DNA of 64,000 bases, taken from Gemmatimonadota bacterium. GTDB taxonomy: Bacteria > JAAXHH01. Under the pieces are notes generated by a model. It did no database searches, was not told the origin of the DNA, and saw only the letters and a list, made by a program, of their open reading frames with translations. Location of the stretch: contig VXWP01000117.1 of NCBI GenBank assembly GCA_009835325.1, forward strand, positions 33,111 through 97,110, given 5' to 3'. This document shows, in pieces, positions 40,701-50,196 of this stretch. A program made the position numbers and the translations under genes. Positions within the stretch are counted from its first letter, which is position 1. Every line of letters starts with the position of its first letter.

Positions 40701-42050
40701 CTACAGCAGGGACATGTAGGTTTTCAGTTCGTAGTCGGTGACCTGGGACCGGTAGCGTTCCCATTCTTCCTGCTTGTTCTCGATCAGCTTGTCGAAGACC
40801 TCTTCTCCGAGACAATTCACCAGCAACTCGCTTCCTTCCGCCAGTTTGATCGCCTCGTTCAGGTCTTTGGGCAGGGGCTGTATGCCCAGCTTCCGGCGTT
40901 CCTCATGGGACATGCTGGACAGGTCGACCTCCGCCGGTGGGCCGAGTTCGTACCCGTTCTCAATGCCCGCCAGGCCCGCGGAGAGGATGACGGCAAAGGC
41001 CAGGTAGGGGTTGCAGGATGGATCGGGGGCGCGGTATTCCACGCGCATGGCTTCATGTTTCGAGGGGTTGTAGGTAGGCAGCCGGATCATGTCCGCCCGG
41101 TTGTGCAACGCCCACGATACGAAAAGCGGCGCCTCGTAGCCGGCGATGAGCCGCTTGTACGAGTTGACCCACTGATTGGTGACCAGCATGGTCTCGGGAG
41201 CGTGGCGCATCAGCCCGGCGACAAAAGACCGGCCCGTATCCGACAGGTGGTATTCCATGCCTTCGTCGAAAAAGGCGTTTTGGTCGCCGCGGAAGAGCGA
41301 AAGGTGTATGTGCATCCCGCTTCCGTTGTGGCCGGCGTGGGGCTTGGGCATGAAGGTGGCGTACACGTTGTGCCGGAGGGCCACTTCCTTCACCACGAGG
41401 CGGTAGGCCATCGTATAGTCCGCCATGGTCATGGCGTCGGTGTACCGCAGGGAGATCTCGCTCTGGCTGGGACCGCCCTCGTGGTGGCTGAACTCGACGC
41501 CGATACCGATCTCTTCGAGGGCCATCACGGTGTCGCGCCGCAGGTCCGTCGCCCAGTCCAGGGGCGTCAAGTCGAAGTAACCGCCCTGGTCGAGGGGCTG
41601 GGGCGGGCCTTCGCTGGACTTCAGGTAGTAGTATTCCAGTTCGGGCTGGACGTAGAAGGTGAACCCGTGCTCGGCCGCGCGATGGAGGCTCCTTCTCAGG
41701 ATCTGGCGGGGGTCGCCCTCGTAGGGCCTGGCGCCGTCGGGTTCGAGGATATCGCAGAACATGCTGCCCACGGCGCTCTTCCGGGCGTCAGGCCGCCACG
41801 GCAGGATCTGGAACGTGCTGGGATCCGGCATGGCGATCATGTCCTCCTCGCTGTGCCGGATGAATCCCTCGATGGAAGAGCCGTCGAAGACTTCGCCGTC
41901 CTCCAGGGCGTCTTCCAGTTCCTCCACGGTGATGGAAAAACTCTTCAGAAAACCCAGAATGTCCGTAAACCACAACTGGATGATCTTGACGTTGTGTTCC
42001 TGGGCTGTATGGAGGACGTAATCCTTCGCCGCATCCGATGTGTCGTTCAT
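40701..42050 (-). CDS. glnA: glutamine synthetase, type I-alpha (449 aa)
   Basis: Full-length GS signature regions (NVKIIQLWFTDILG..., MPKPHAGHNGSGMHIHLSL, NPYLAFAV). GlnA versus a gamma-glutamyl-amine ligase cannot be distinguished from sequence alone. Confidence 0.85.
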   Translation of the reverse strand: MNDTSDAAKDYVLHTAQEHNVKIIQLWFTDILGFLKSFSITVEELEDALEDGEVFDGSSIEGFIRHSEEDMIAMPDPSTFQILPWRPDARKSAVGSMFCDILEPDGARPYEGDPRQILRRSLHRAAEHGFTFYVQPELEYYYLKSSEGPPQPLDQGGYFDLTPLDWATDLRRDTVMALEEIGIGVEFSHHEGGPSQSEISLRYTDAMTMADYTMAYRLVVKEVALRHNVYATFMPKPHAGHNGSGMHIHLSLFRGDQNAFFDEGMEYHLSDTGRSFVAGLMRHAPETMLVTNQWVNSYKRLIAGYEAPLFVSWALHNRADMIRLPTYNPSKHEAMRVEYRAPDPSCNPYLAFAVILSAGLAGIENGYELGPPAEVDLSSMSHEERRKLGIQPLPKDLNEAIKLAEGSELLVNCLGEEVFDKLIENKQEEWERYRSQVTDYELKTYMSLL

Positions 42051-42078
42051 GCCTTACCTGCAGGGGGTTCCACCATGG

Positions 42079-42189
42079 CTACTTGGACGGCTTTACCTTG
42101 CGCTTCCTCTTCATGTCGCGGATCGCGGCCTTGCGCCTCTGTTCCTTGCGGAACCGCTGTCTCCGGAGTTCCTTCTGGCGTTCGCGCAT
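42079..42189 (-). CDS. unannotated 36-aa highly basic small ORF (MRERQKELRRQRFRKEQRRKAAIRDMKRKRKVKPSK) 28 nt upstream of glnA
   Basis: Translated by hand. AGGAG lies 5 nt before the ATG. Below the ORF-track size cutoff. Confidence 0.3.
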   Translation of the reverse strand: MRERQKELRRQRFRKEQRRKAAIRDMKRKRKVKPSK

Positions 42190-42417
42190 ACCTGCTCCTG
42201 GTGCGTGTCCGGCACCTGGACCGGACGGTTGTTTTAGGCTCCCGAAGACCCGGATCGAGCTGTTCTTCGGCGAGCCCTGACTGCTCGGATTCGATCAGAT
42301 TGTCATTGATTGCAGCTTCAAGGACGATTATACAATCTAATCCGGGCAGCCTGTCCGGGCAATCAGTTTCTCGGTCGTTCAACACCCCGGTATTCCGTCT
42401 TCCGACTGGAGTCTTGC

Positions 42418-43404
42418 GTGAACCAGGTACGTCTACTGTCTAGATCGGATATGGCTTCCGTCCTCACCATGCCGGATGTCATCGAAGCCGTGGAAGAGGG
42501 GTTTCGGTCCGCGGGCGAGAAAGACGACGTCCCCGTCCGCCTGCCCGTCCACGTAGCGGACCGGCCCTCCGTCGCGCTTTTCATGCCGGCCTACCTTGCC
42601 GGATCGCATACGCTGGGCGCCAAGGTCGTTTCCGCGTTCCACGACAATCCTGCCAGGGGCCTTCCGATGATCACGGGATTCTACGTGCTGTGCGACGCGG
42701 AGACCGGGCGGCTCATCGCCCTGATGGACGCCACTTTCCTCACCGGAATACGTACGGCGGCCGCGTCCGCGGTGGCCACGAAGTACCTGGCGCGCAAGGA
42801 TGCCAGGGTACTGGGCATCATCGGGACGGGCGTCCAGGGCCGGTTCCACGTGGACGCGATCCTGGCGGTCCGCCCCATCGAACGGATCGTCGTGTACAAC
42901 CGGACGCCCGAGCGGGGACACGCACTCGCCGATGACCTTTCGTCCCGGGGGATATCCTGCCGCGTGGCGGAAACCGCTGCCGAATGCGCGGCCGAAGCGG
43001 ACGTGCTCGCGGTCTGCACGTCCAGCAAGTCGCCCCTCTTCGACGGCGGCCTGGTTCGTCCCGGCAGCCACGTGAACGCCGTTGGCGTCTACACCGCCGA
43101 CTCGCAGGAACTGGACGCCGGGTTGATCCGGCGGGCCCGCGTGTTCGTCGATACCTACGAAGGCGCGCTCGAGGAAGCGGGCGACATCATCGTCCCCCTG
43201 CGGGCGGGCGAAATCTCCAGGGATCACATCCGCGCCGAACTGACCGAACTGGTGACCGGCAGGAAGGAAGGACGGACCGGTGACGGGGAGATCACCGTTT
43301 TCAAATCCGTGGGTTACGCCATGGAAGACGCGGTCACCGCGCGCCTGGCCTATGAACGGGCAGCGGATTCGGGGGTAGGCGCTACATTCGACCTGGAAGC
43401 ATGA
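42418..43404 (+). CDS. ornithine cyclodeaminase / mu-crystallin family protein
   Basis: Rossmann GIIGTGVQG and typical OCD-family N-terminus. Start placed at GTG 42418 (GGAG 8 nt upstream). ATG 42451 is an alternative. Confidence 0.8.
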   Translation: MNQVRLLSRSDMASVLTMPDVIEAVEEGFRSAGEKDDVPVRLPVHVADRPSVALFMPAYLAGSHTLGAKVVSAFHDNPARGLPMITGFYVLCDAETGRLIALMDATFLTGIRTAAASAVATKYLARKDARVLGIIGTGVQGRFHVDAILAVRPIERIVVYNRTPERGHALADDLSSRGISCRVAETAAECAAEADVLAVCTSSKSPLFDGGLVRPGSHVNAVGVYTADSQELDAGLIRRARVFVDTYEGALEEAGDIIVPLRAGEISRDHIRAELTELVTGRKEGRTGDGEITVFKSVGYAMEDAVTARLAYERAADSGVGATFDLEA

Positions 43405-44444
43405 AGCGCGTTTTGATCATCCGATCGGGCGCGGTCGGGGACCTGATTCTTACGCTCCCCGTGCTCTCCGCGTTGAAGAAGCGTTATAGCGGCCTGTCCA
43501 TCGGCATAATGGGCGATCCGGTCCGGCTGTCGCTGTTGAAGCACTGCGGGTTCGTGGACGACGTGCTATCGGTGGACGACCGGAAATTCACCCCTCTGTT
43601 CGCGCCGGGCGGACCGGGCACACCGGGCGGCGCACTCCCGGGCTCCGTGCCGCGGAAGCTGCCCGATCATTTGATTCGGCACCTGCGATCCTACGACTTA
43701 ATACTCTCCTATCTGCCCGATCCCGACGGTGTGTTCGTGGAGAATCTCCGAAGGATTGCGTCCGGCCCGGTGCTCACAGGACAGTCCCGGCCTCCCGACG
43801 GCCGTAGAATCCACATGACCCGCGTGTTGATGGATGCACTGAAACCCCTGGGTATCGAGACTGCAGTCGATCCACCCCGGGTCGTAGTTCCGTCAAGCGA
43901 CGCCCCGGACGACTTGGGAGAACCGGAAACGGAACAAGGGCTGGTCGCCATCCACCCTGGTAGCGGTGGCGCGGACAAATGCTGGCAGGCGGAAAACTAC
44001 GGGGCACTGATCGACCTGTTGACCGAATCGGGCTTCAGGCCGATGATCACCTTCGGGCCGGCGGATCACCGGATCCGTCGTCGCCTGCTGCCCTGGATCG
44101 AATCCCGCGATGTCCTGGTTATCGAGGACCGGTCCCTGGTGGAAGTGGCCGCCCTGTATGCCCGTTGCCGGACCATGATCGGCAACGATTCGGGCATGAC
44201 CCACCTGGCCGCGGCCGCGGGCACGCCGGCCATCGCGCTGTTCGGACCGACGGACCCGGCCGTCTGGGGTCCCCGGGGGAAGGACGTGTGCATACTGTGG
44301 GGTACCGATGTGTTCGAAGGAGACGTGGACGGTATAAGATGGAAGCCACCGTTCCGCCCGCGAAGCCTGGACGACATCGAAGCGACGACCCCGTTTCGAA
44401 CCCTGTCGGGTTTCTGTGCAGCCGCCGGCGCGGAACGCAATTAG
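43401..44444 (+). CDS. glycosyltransferase family 9 (heptosyltransferase-like)
   Basis: N-terminal MKRVLIIRSGAVGDLILTLPVL and C-terminal GNDSGMTHLAAAAGTPAIALFGPT, both typical of GT9. Start overlaps the OCD stop. Confidence 0.8.
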   Translation: MKRVLIIRSGAVGDLILTLPVLSALKKRYSGLSIGIMGDPVRLSLLKHCGFVDDVLSVDDRKFTPLFAPGGPGTPGGALPGSVPRKLPDHLIRHLRSYDLILSYLPDPDGVFVENLRRIASGPVLTGQSRPPDGRRIHMTRVLMDALKPLGIETAVDPPRVVVPSSDAPDDLGEPETEQGLVAIHPGSGGADKCWQAENYGALIDLLTESGFRPMITFGPADHRIRRRLLPWIESRDVLVIEDRSLVEVAALYARCRTMIGNDSGMTHLAAAAGTPAIALFGPTDPAVWGPRGKDVCILWGTDVFEGDVDGIRWKPPFRPRSLDDIEATTPFRTLSGFCAAAGAERN

Positions 44445-44516
44445 ATTCAAGAGTCAGGGGTGGTTTCATGTAAATAAGTTGAGGTTACCTCAGAACCGAT
44501 GAAATGTTGAAGGCAC

Positions 44517-44837
44517 TTGACACGACTTCAAGGGCGTACTATGTTCGCCGACATGCGACCGGATTGGTTGAAGCTAAAGTGTTGGACCGCGGTTTTTGCT
44601 GTCGCCCTCTTCGTGCTCTCGGCGACGCCCCATGACCACGACCACGACGAAGAATGCGTAAACGGCACCTGTGTTCCCTGTCATGTCCAGGGACTGCCAA
44701 CCATCGATTCCATCGATCGCTCCGGGGCACACGACTTTCCCGATGTGCCGGTATACCGTATATCCGGCGCGTACGCCCAGGTGCATCCCCTTGATGCGGC
44801 GACCCGAGGACACGATTCTCGGGCCCCACCTGCCTGA
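44517..44837 (+). CDS. small secreted His/Asp-rich protein with a CxxCH-like motif (HDHDHDEECVNGTCVPCH), hypothetical
   Basis: The ORF has a hydrophobic N-terminal segment. The start is uncertain (an ATG at 44541 gives MFADM...). Lies upstream of the ABC ATPase. Confidence 0.35.
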   Translation: MTRLQGRTMFADMRPDWLKLKCWTAVFAVALFVLSATPHDHDHDEECVNGTCVPCHVQGLPTIDSIDRSGAHDFPDVPVYRISGAYAQVHPLDAATRGHDSRAPPA

Positions 44838-45019
44838 ATACCCCTTCCTTTCCCTTTTTCACATAATTCGTCCAGTTCCTGATGCCAGTTCGCTGGTTTT
44901 GCGCCATCAAATACGTCCCGTGCATCGGTGACTTTGTCTTCCTGGAAACAGTGATCCGAAGTCGCGCCAGCGGCGTGGCAAGGGATCGAATATACTTCAT
45001 GCAACCGGAGGGAAAATCT

Positions 45020-45826
45020 ATGGAATCCGGTCCGGAATCCCGGATGAAGAACACAAGCGATGTACAGACTGCCGAGGAGCCTGAAACCCCGGCCGATTCG
45101 GCAGGCTCCGCGATGTCGCCCGTGCTGGAAGCCCGGTCGCTGTCCAAGCGTTATGACGAAGTAGAAGCTGTTGTCGGCCTCGATCTCCGTGTCGGCCCGT
45201 CGGAGATCTACTGCCTCCTGGGTCCGAACGGCGCCGGCAAGACGACGACGATCCATCTTTTCCTGGGGTTTCTGGAGCCGACGTCCGGAAGCGCTCACGT
45301 GATGGGTCTGGACGTCGCCGAGGAACCGCTGAAATCCAAAACACACCTCGCCTACGTTCCCGAACAGGTCATGCTCTATCGCAACCTGAGCGGCCTGGAA
45401 AACCTGGCCTATTTCGCCGCTCTGGGCGGGAAGGAATCCCTTTCGGCGGATCGCCTCACCGAGATCCTTGGCGAGGCGGGACTCCAGGCGGATGCGGTAC
45501 ATTCCCGCGTATCCTCGTATTCCAAGGGTATGAGGCAGAAAGTCGGCATTGCGATCGCCATCGCCAAGGAGGCCGACGCCCTGCTCCTCGACGAACCGAC
45601 GTCCGGGCTCGACCCCGAGGCTTCGAACGAGTTCTCCGAACTGCTGGAGCAGCTCAAGGACCGGGGCGTAGCGGTGCTCATGGCGACCCACGACCTCTTT
45701 CGCGCGAAGGAAACCGGAACGCGGGTCGGAATCATGCGGCACGGCCGCCTCGTTGCGGAGATGACCACCGACGAAATCGGCCACGCGGATCTCGAACGTA
45801 TCTACCTCGAACACATGCACGATTAG
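45020..45826 (+). CDS. ABC transporter ATP-binding protein
   Basis: Walker A GPNGAGKTT, ABC signature and Walker B LLLDEPTSGLD. GGAGG lies 8 nt before ATG 45020. Confidence 0.85.
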   Translation: MESGPESRMKNTSDVQTAEEPETPADSAGSAMSPVLEARSLSKRYDEVEAVVGLDLRVGPSEIYCLLGPNGAGKTTTIHLFLGFLEPTSGSAHVMGLDVAEEPLKSKTHLAYVPEQVMLYRNLSGLENLAYFAALGGKESLSADRLTEILGEAGLQADAVHSRVSSYSKGMRQKVGIAIAIAKEADALLLDEPTSGLDPEASNEFSELLEQLKDRGVAVLMATHDLFRAKETGTRVGIMRHGRLVAEMTTDEIGHADLERIYLEHMHD

Positions 45827-45835
45827 GAGCCAACT

Positions 45836-47245
45836 ATGATCAGGCATATCGTCCGAAAGGAATTCATGGACGTAGTGCGGGACGGGCGCTTCCGCTGGTG
45901 CGCCGCCCTGGTAGGCGCCCTGCTCCTGGTTTCGCTGGGAACGGGATGGGTCCAGGCGCGAAATGCGCAGAAGGAACTCGCCGCCGCACAGGCAACCGCC
46001 CGCGATCACTGGGAATCACAGGGCGAGAAGAACCCCCACTCCGCGGCCCACTATGGTGTATACGCGTTCAAACCCCGGCTGGCGCTGTCCTTCGTCGATG
46101 AAGGGGTGGATTCCTATACGGGAACTTCCGTGTTTCTGGAGGCTCACAGGCAGAACGACTTCCTGCTGCGCCCCGCACAGGACGCGACGCCCGCGCAGCG
46201 CATTGGCGCGTTAACGGCGGCGCAGGTCCTTCAGCACCTGGTACCGCTTCTTATCATCCTGCTGACCTTTGGGGCGCTCGCCGGCGAGCGGGAGCGGGGC
46301 ACCCTGCGGCAACTCCTCGCTACGGGCGTTGGACGCCTCGAACTCGCCATGGGCAAGGCCCTTGGCGCGACGGCCGCCCTGGCGCTGCTCCTGGTACCCG
46401 CGGCAGTTGTGGGCGCGGCCGCCATCGTCGTGGGCAGCCCAGGACCGGCGACTTCCCCGCTGGTACGCGGCGCCGTGCTTGCCGGGATTTACCTGGCCTA
46501 TTTCGCCACGTTCATTGGTTTGTCCCTCGCCGTCTCGGCCCGGGCCCCTTCGGCACGGGCCGCGCTGGTCGTCCTGCTGGCCATCTGGGTGGTGAACGGA
46601 CTCGTGGCGCCACGCGTCGCGGTGGATCTCTCGAAATGGCTGTACCCGACGCCTTCCGCGATCGAGTTCGCCCACACCCTTGAACAGGAGATGGCCAACG
46701 GCGTGGAGGGCGTTGACCGTCCCGACCGGGCCGCCGTGACGCAGAACCTGCTAGCCCAGTACGGGGTGGAGCGGACCGAAGACCTCCCGATCAACGCGAT
46801 CGGTGTCTTCCTGCAGGAAAGCGAGGTATTCGGCGACCAGATCTTCGACCGTAATTACGGTGCATTATGGGAGACCTTCGAGCGCCAGGGATACGTACAC
46901 GAAGCGCTCGCGGTGACGGCGCCGCTGCTGGCGGTTCGGACGCTTTCCATGGGCCTGGCCGGGACCGATGTCGAACAGCACCGCCACTTCGCCGGCGCCG
47001 CGGAGCAATACCGGAGGGATCTGGTGGAGCGCTTGAACGGCGAGTTGACCGAAAACTCCCGAACCGGTGAGGTCTACCTCGCCTCCGCCGATCTCTGGTC
47101 GCAGATGCCGCCCTTCCGGTACGACGCGCCGGAAGTGTCGTGGGTCCTGAAGAACCGGGCCCTTTCGCTCCTGATGCTCGGACTGTGGCTGGCCGGTGCG
47201 TTTGTGGTCGCCACATACGCCGTTCGCCGCGCGGAGGTGGCCTGA
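45836..47245 (+). CDS. ABC-2 family transporter permease (DUF3526-like)
   Basis: Polytopic membrane protein directly after the ATPase. Confidence 0.65.
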   Translation: MIRHIVRKEFMDVVRDGRFRWCAALVGALLLVSLGTGWVQARNAQKELAAAQATARDHWESQGEKNPHSAAHYGVYAFKPRLALSFVDEGVDSYTGTSVFLEAHRQNDFLLRPAQDATPAQRIGALTAAQVLQHLVPLLIILLTFGALAGERERGTLRQLLATGVGRLELAMGKALGATAALALLLVPAAVVGAAAIVVGSPGPATSPLVRGAVLAGIYLAYFATFIGLSLAVSARAPSARAALVVLLAIWVVNGLVAPRVAVDLSKWLYPTPSAIEFAHTLEQEMANGVEGVDRPDRAAVTQNLLAQYGVERTEDLPINAIGVFLQESEVFGDQIFDRNYGALWETFERQGYVHEALAVTAPLLAVRTLSMGLAGTDVEQHRHFAGAAEQYRRDLVERLNGELTENSRTGEVYLASADLWSQMPPFRYDAPEVSWVLKNRALSLLMLGLWLAGAFVVATYAVRRAEVA

Positions 47246-47247
47246 TC

Positions 47248-48696
47248 ATGCAGACCAGGAACATAAAGACCATCCTGCTCAACGAGTGGCGGCTTCTAGC
47301 GGCCGACCGCACCTTGCGGATCGTCCTGCCCCTTTTCATCGTCCTCTTTGCCTACGCGCTGGCCAACGGCATGGCCTGGGTCCGATTCCAGGAACACACG
47401 GTCCAGGTCGTACGGGAGGGGAATGTCCAACGGACTGAGGGGTTGGAACGCGAACTGGCCGCCATCCAGAACGGAGCCCAGCCGTCCTCCCCCTTCCGCG
47501 ACCCTCGCAACGCCAACGTGATGGGTGGCCGCAGGGGCGCCCGGGCCGTCGCGCTGGATCCCGGTCCCCTGACCGCACTGGCGGTGGGACAAAGCGACCT
47601 GCTGCCGTACTACTACGATGTCAGCATCTATACCAACGAAACCACGTTCCTGCAGAACGGCGAGGTGGAGAACCCGCTCAACCTCATGGTGGGAAGATTC
47701 GACCTGGCCTTCGTCGCGATCTACCTGCTGCCCTTGCTCGTGCTGGCTATGGGTTTCAACGTGCTATCGGGGGAACGCGAACAGGGCACCCTGGCCCTTA
47801 CACTTTCCCAGCCCGTATCGGCGCGCCGGTTCGTAACTGCGAAACTCGCCTTCCGCGCCATGCTGGTCCTGGCCGCGGCCATCGGGGTGTCGTTGATCGG
47901 AATACTGATCTCGGGAGGTTTCGGGTCTACGGGGCCGCTCGGCAGGGTGCTTCTGTGGTGCGCGGCGCTGACGGTGTACGCACTGTTCTGGTTCGCACTC
48001 ACCGCCTGGGTAAACAGCCTCGGCCGGTCATCCTCCTGGAACGCCACAGTGCTGGTGGGGGCCTGGCTTGTACTGGTGGTGGTGCTGCCGGCCGCCATCA
48101 ACATCGCCGCGGGCCTGCTCCATCCGCTCCCGTCGCGGGTGGAGATGATTACTGCCCAGCGCGAAGCCTCAAACGACGCGGTGAACCGACGCAGCGAACT
48201 GCTTGCCCGTTACCTCGAAGACCATCCCGAACTGACCGGTGGAGACGCGACCGATGAACCCAACCGGGCGGCGCTCGCCTGGGCCGCGACAGACGCGGTG
48301 AACCAGCGCCTGGAAGAGGTGTCTGAGCGACATAGGATAGGACGTGACGAGCAGAATGAACTGATCCGCCGCTACAGGTTCTTCTCCCCCGCGCTCCTGG
48401 TCCAGGAGCTGCTGATCGACGCGGCGGGTACGGGTGATGCGCGGTTTTCCCGGTTTCAGTCGCAGGTGCGAGATTTCGCCGGTCAATGGCAGTCGTTCTT
48501 CGTGCCCGCGATCCTGGCCGGGGAGAAGATGTCGGCGGATGTGCTACCCACGTTGCCGGGTTTCAATTTCGTAGACGAGTCCTTAGGCGACGTGGGCCAG
48601 CGCGCGACGGTACCGCTATCGGTACTGATCATACTGGTCGGGCTGGTAGGTACGGGCGCCTGGGTCGGACTCGGCAAGGTCCGGGGCGCCGGTTGA
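47248..48696 (+). CDS. ABC-2 family transporter permease, second subunit
   Basis: True start is ATG 47248 with a GGAGG SD, 2 nt after the previous stop. Polytopic. Confidence 0.65.
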   Translation: MQTRNIKTILLNEWRLLAADRTLRIVLPLFIVLFAYALANGMAWVRFQEHTVQVVREGNVQRTEGLERELAAIQNGAQPSSPFRDPRNANVMGGRRGARAVALDPGPLTALAVGQSDLLPYYYDVSIYTNETTFLQNGEVENPLNLMVGRFDLAFVAIYLLPLLVLAMGFNVLSGEREQGTLALTLSQPVSARRFVTAKLAFRAMLVLAAAIGVSLIGILISGGFGSTGPLGRVLLWCAALTVYALFWFALTAWVNSLGRSSSWNATVLVGAWLVLVVVLPAAINIAAGLLHPLPSRVEMITAQREASNDAVNRRSELLARYLEDHPELTGGDATDEPNRAALAWAATDAVNQRLEEVSERHRIGRDEQNELIRRYRFFSPALLVQELLIDAAGTGDARFSRFQSQVRDFAGQWQSFFVPAILAGEKMSADVLPTLPGFNFVDESLGDVGQRATVPLSVLIILVGLVGTGAWVGLGKVRGAG

Positions 48697-48736
48697 GCTG
48701 GCCCCGGATTTATCCCATAGGAGATTCAGATAAGAA

Positions 48737-49123
48737 ATGAACTATCAGATAAGTAGAGGAACCGTAGACAACATCGGCGTGTTCGTCTCGTCTGCATGTG
48801 CGATCCACTGCCTGGCCTTGCCGTTGGTGGTGACGTTCCTGCCGCTAGTGGGTCTCGGATTCCTGGCCGGTGAACCCGCCGAGTACGCCATAATCGGCGC
48901 GGTACTGCTCGCAGCCGGGAGCGTGGTCGCAGGCGTAAGGTTTCACAGGAGCTGGAGGGCGTTTCTTACCCTCGTACTGGCCGTGGGGATAATCGTTACG
49001 GGTTTCACGGCGGCCGAAGGGAACTTCGAGGTAGTCCTCCATGTAACCGGGGGCATATTGCTCGCGACGACCCATCTCCTGAACCGGCACCTGTGCAGGA
49101 CCTGTCCCGCGGCCGGCTGCTGA
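48737..49123 (+). CDS. small 4-TM membrane protein, MerC-like (SSACAIHC motif), putative metal-ion transport
   Basis: The Cys pair sits in the first TM helix. Family assignment is tentative. Confidence 0.4.
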   Translation: MNYQISRGTVDNIGVFVSSACAIHCLALPLVVTFLPLVGLGFLAGEPAEYAIIGAVLLAAGSVVAGVRFHRSWRAFLTLVLAVGIIVTGFTAAEGNFEVVLHVTGGILLATTHLLNRHLCRTCPAAGC

Positions 49124-49125
49124 TA

Positions 49126-50193
49126 TCAACCCGCGTCCGGCCTGAACGACCAGGCAGCTTTCCCCGTCCTGTCCACGGTAAGGCGGCACGCGGGGCCAAA
49201 GGTGTGGGTCGTGGTGACCGAGACCGGCTGCGTCTCCATGGAGAATTCGGTGATGCCGTAACCGTCGCCGAAGAGCCCGGATGCCGCGGACCCGGTGCGG
49301 TCGGCGGGAGCCCCGGCGGGAACCGCGCCGACCGCGAGAGGGTCGGCGCCTGGCCCGGCAAAACCGCCGCCCCGGGTTGACCATTCCACCACGATGTCGA
49401 GGTCTGGCCCGCGGAAGGATGCGCGTTTCTCTATCCCGGAAGGCTTCGCACCCGCGTCATCGTCCGTCTTGCCCGCCGCGATGCAGACCGCCGACCCCGG
49501 CTTCGTTCCCACGCCATCGTCCGCACTCCGTTCCACCGGGCTGGCCATCTTCGTTGCCACGTATCCGTACACCCCCAGTTCAGCCTCGAGCAGGTCCGCC
49601 TCGTCGGGCGGAAGCGTCACGGTCACCGACGTGATGTCCCGGAACAGCCGGCCAGGCAGGTCGTCGCCGATGGCGGAACGGTAACGGGTCAGGAACCCGC
49701 TTCTGGCAATACCGGCCGTCTCCGCGCCAGGCTTTTCCGGAGGAAGGTCCGGCGCCCAGCGTTCCAGGAACCCGGGATCGTATTCCATCACCCAGGAAAT
49801 CAACCGGGCGTCGTCCTTTCGGGGTATATCGACCGTCCAGAACCAGGGGATGTCCTGGTCCCGGTACCTTCTCTTCCGCTTGAACCGCGTGATATCCCGT
49901 TTCAACGCCCTTTCCAGGCGGCCGGCGAGATCCTCTGATCCGCCCTCCTGCTCTATGCCGAAAGCGATGGCGTCGCGGGGCGCCCAGGAGGTACGGCCCG
50001 GATCCATGAACTCGAAATAGGTCTCGCGGCCATAGTAGTAGCGGCCGGTCCACGACATGTCCGTGGCCTGGTCATGGGTCGTCCGCTCTTCGGAACAGGC
50101 GAAGTGCTCGTTCAGAAACCCGGACGCGCCGATGGAACGATAAGTCTCAGCGTCCAGGAAGATGAGCAGGTGGTTCAGATAGACAGGTTGCAT
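49126..50193 (-). CDS. hypothetical protein (355 aa), co-operonic with the sulfatase
   Basis: Long ORF with a 3-bp gap to the upstream sulfatase on the same strand. No recognisable motifs. Confidence 0.6.
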   Translation of the reverse strand: MQPVYLNHLLIFLDAETYRSIGASGFLNEHFACSEERTTHDQATDMSWTGRYYYGRETYFEFMDPGRTSWAPRDAIAFGIEQEGGSEDLAGRLERALKRDITRFKRKRRYRDQDIPWFWTVDIPRKDDARLISWVMEYDPGFLERWAPDLPPEKPGAETAGIARSGFLTRYRSAIGDDLPGRLFRDITSVTVTLPPDEADLLEAELGVYGYVATKMASPVERSADDGVGTKPGSAVCIAAGKTDDDAGAKPSGIEKRASFRGPDLDIVVEWSTRGGGFAGPGADPLAVGAVPAGAPADRTGSAASGLFGDGYGITEFSMETQPVSVTTTHTFGPACRLTVDRTGKAAWSFRPDAG

Positions 50194-50196
50194 GGC

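Noticed and set aside
40701-42050. GS-like enzyme as a gamma-glutamyl-histamine ligase partner of hdc
   Set aside because: The gene is convergent and not co-transcribed with hdc, and it has a canonical GSI-alpha sequence. The simplest reading is housekeeping glnA, so the idea is kept only as a remote possibility.
42038-42385. Track ORFs 42038-42280 (+), 42040-42237 (+) and 42047-42385 (-) in the glnA/OCD intergenic region
   Set aside because: Low-complexity translations. The one exception is the short basic minus-strand ORF with a strong SD (reported as 42079-42189), which lies in a different frame from the 112-aa minus ORF.
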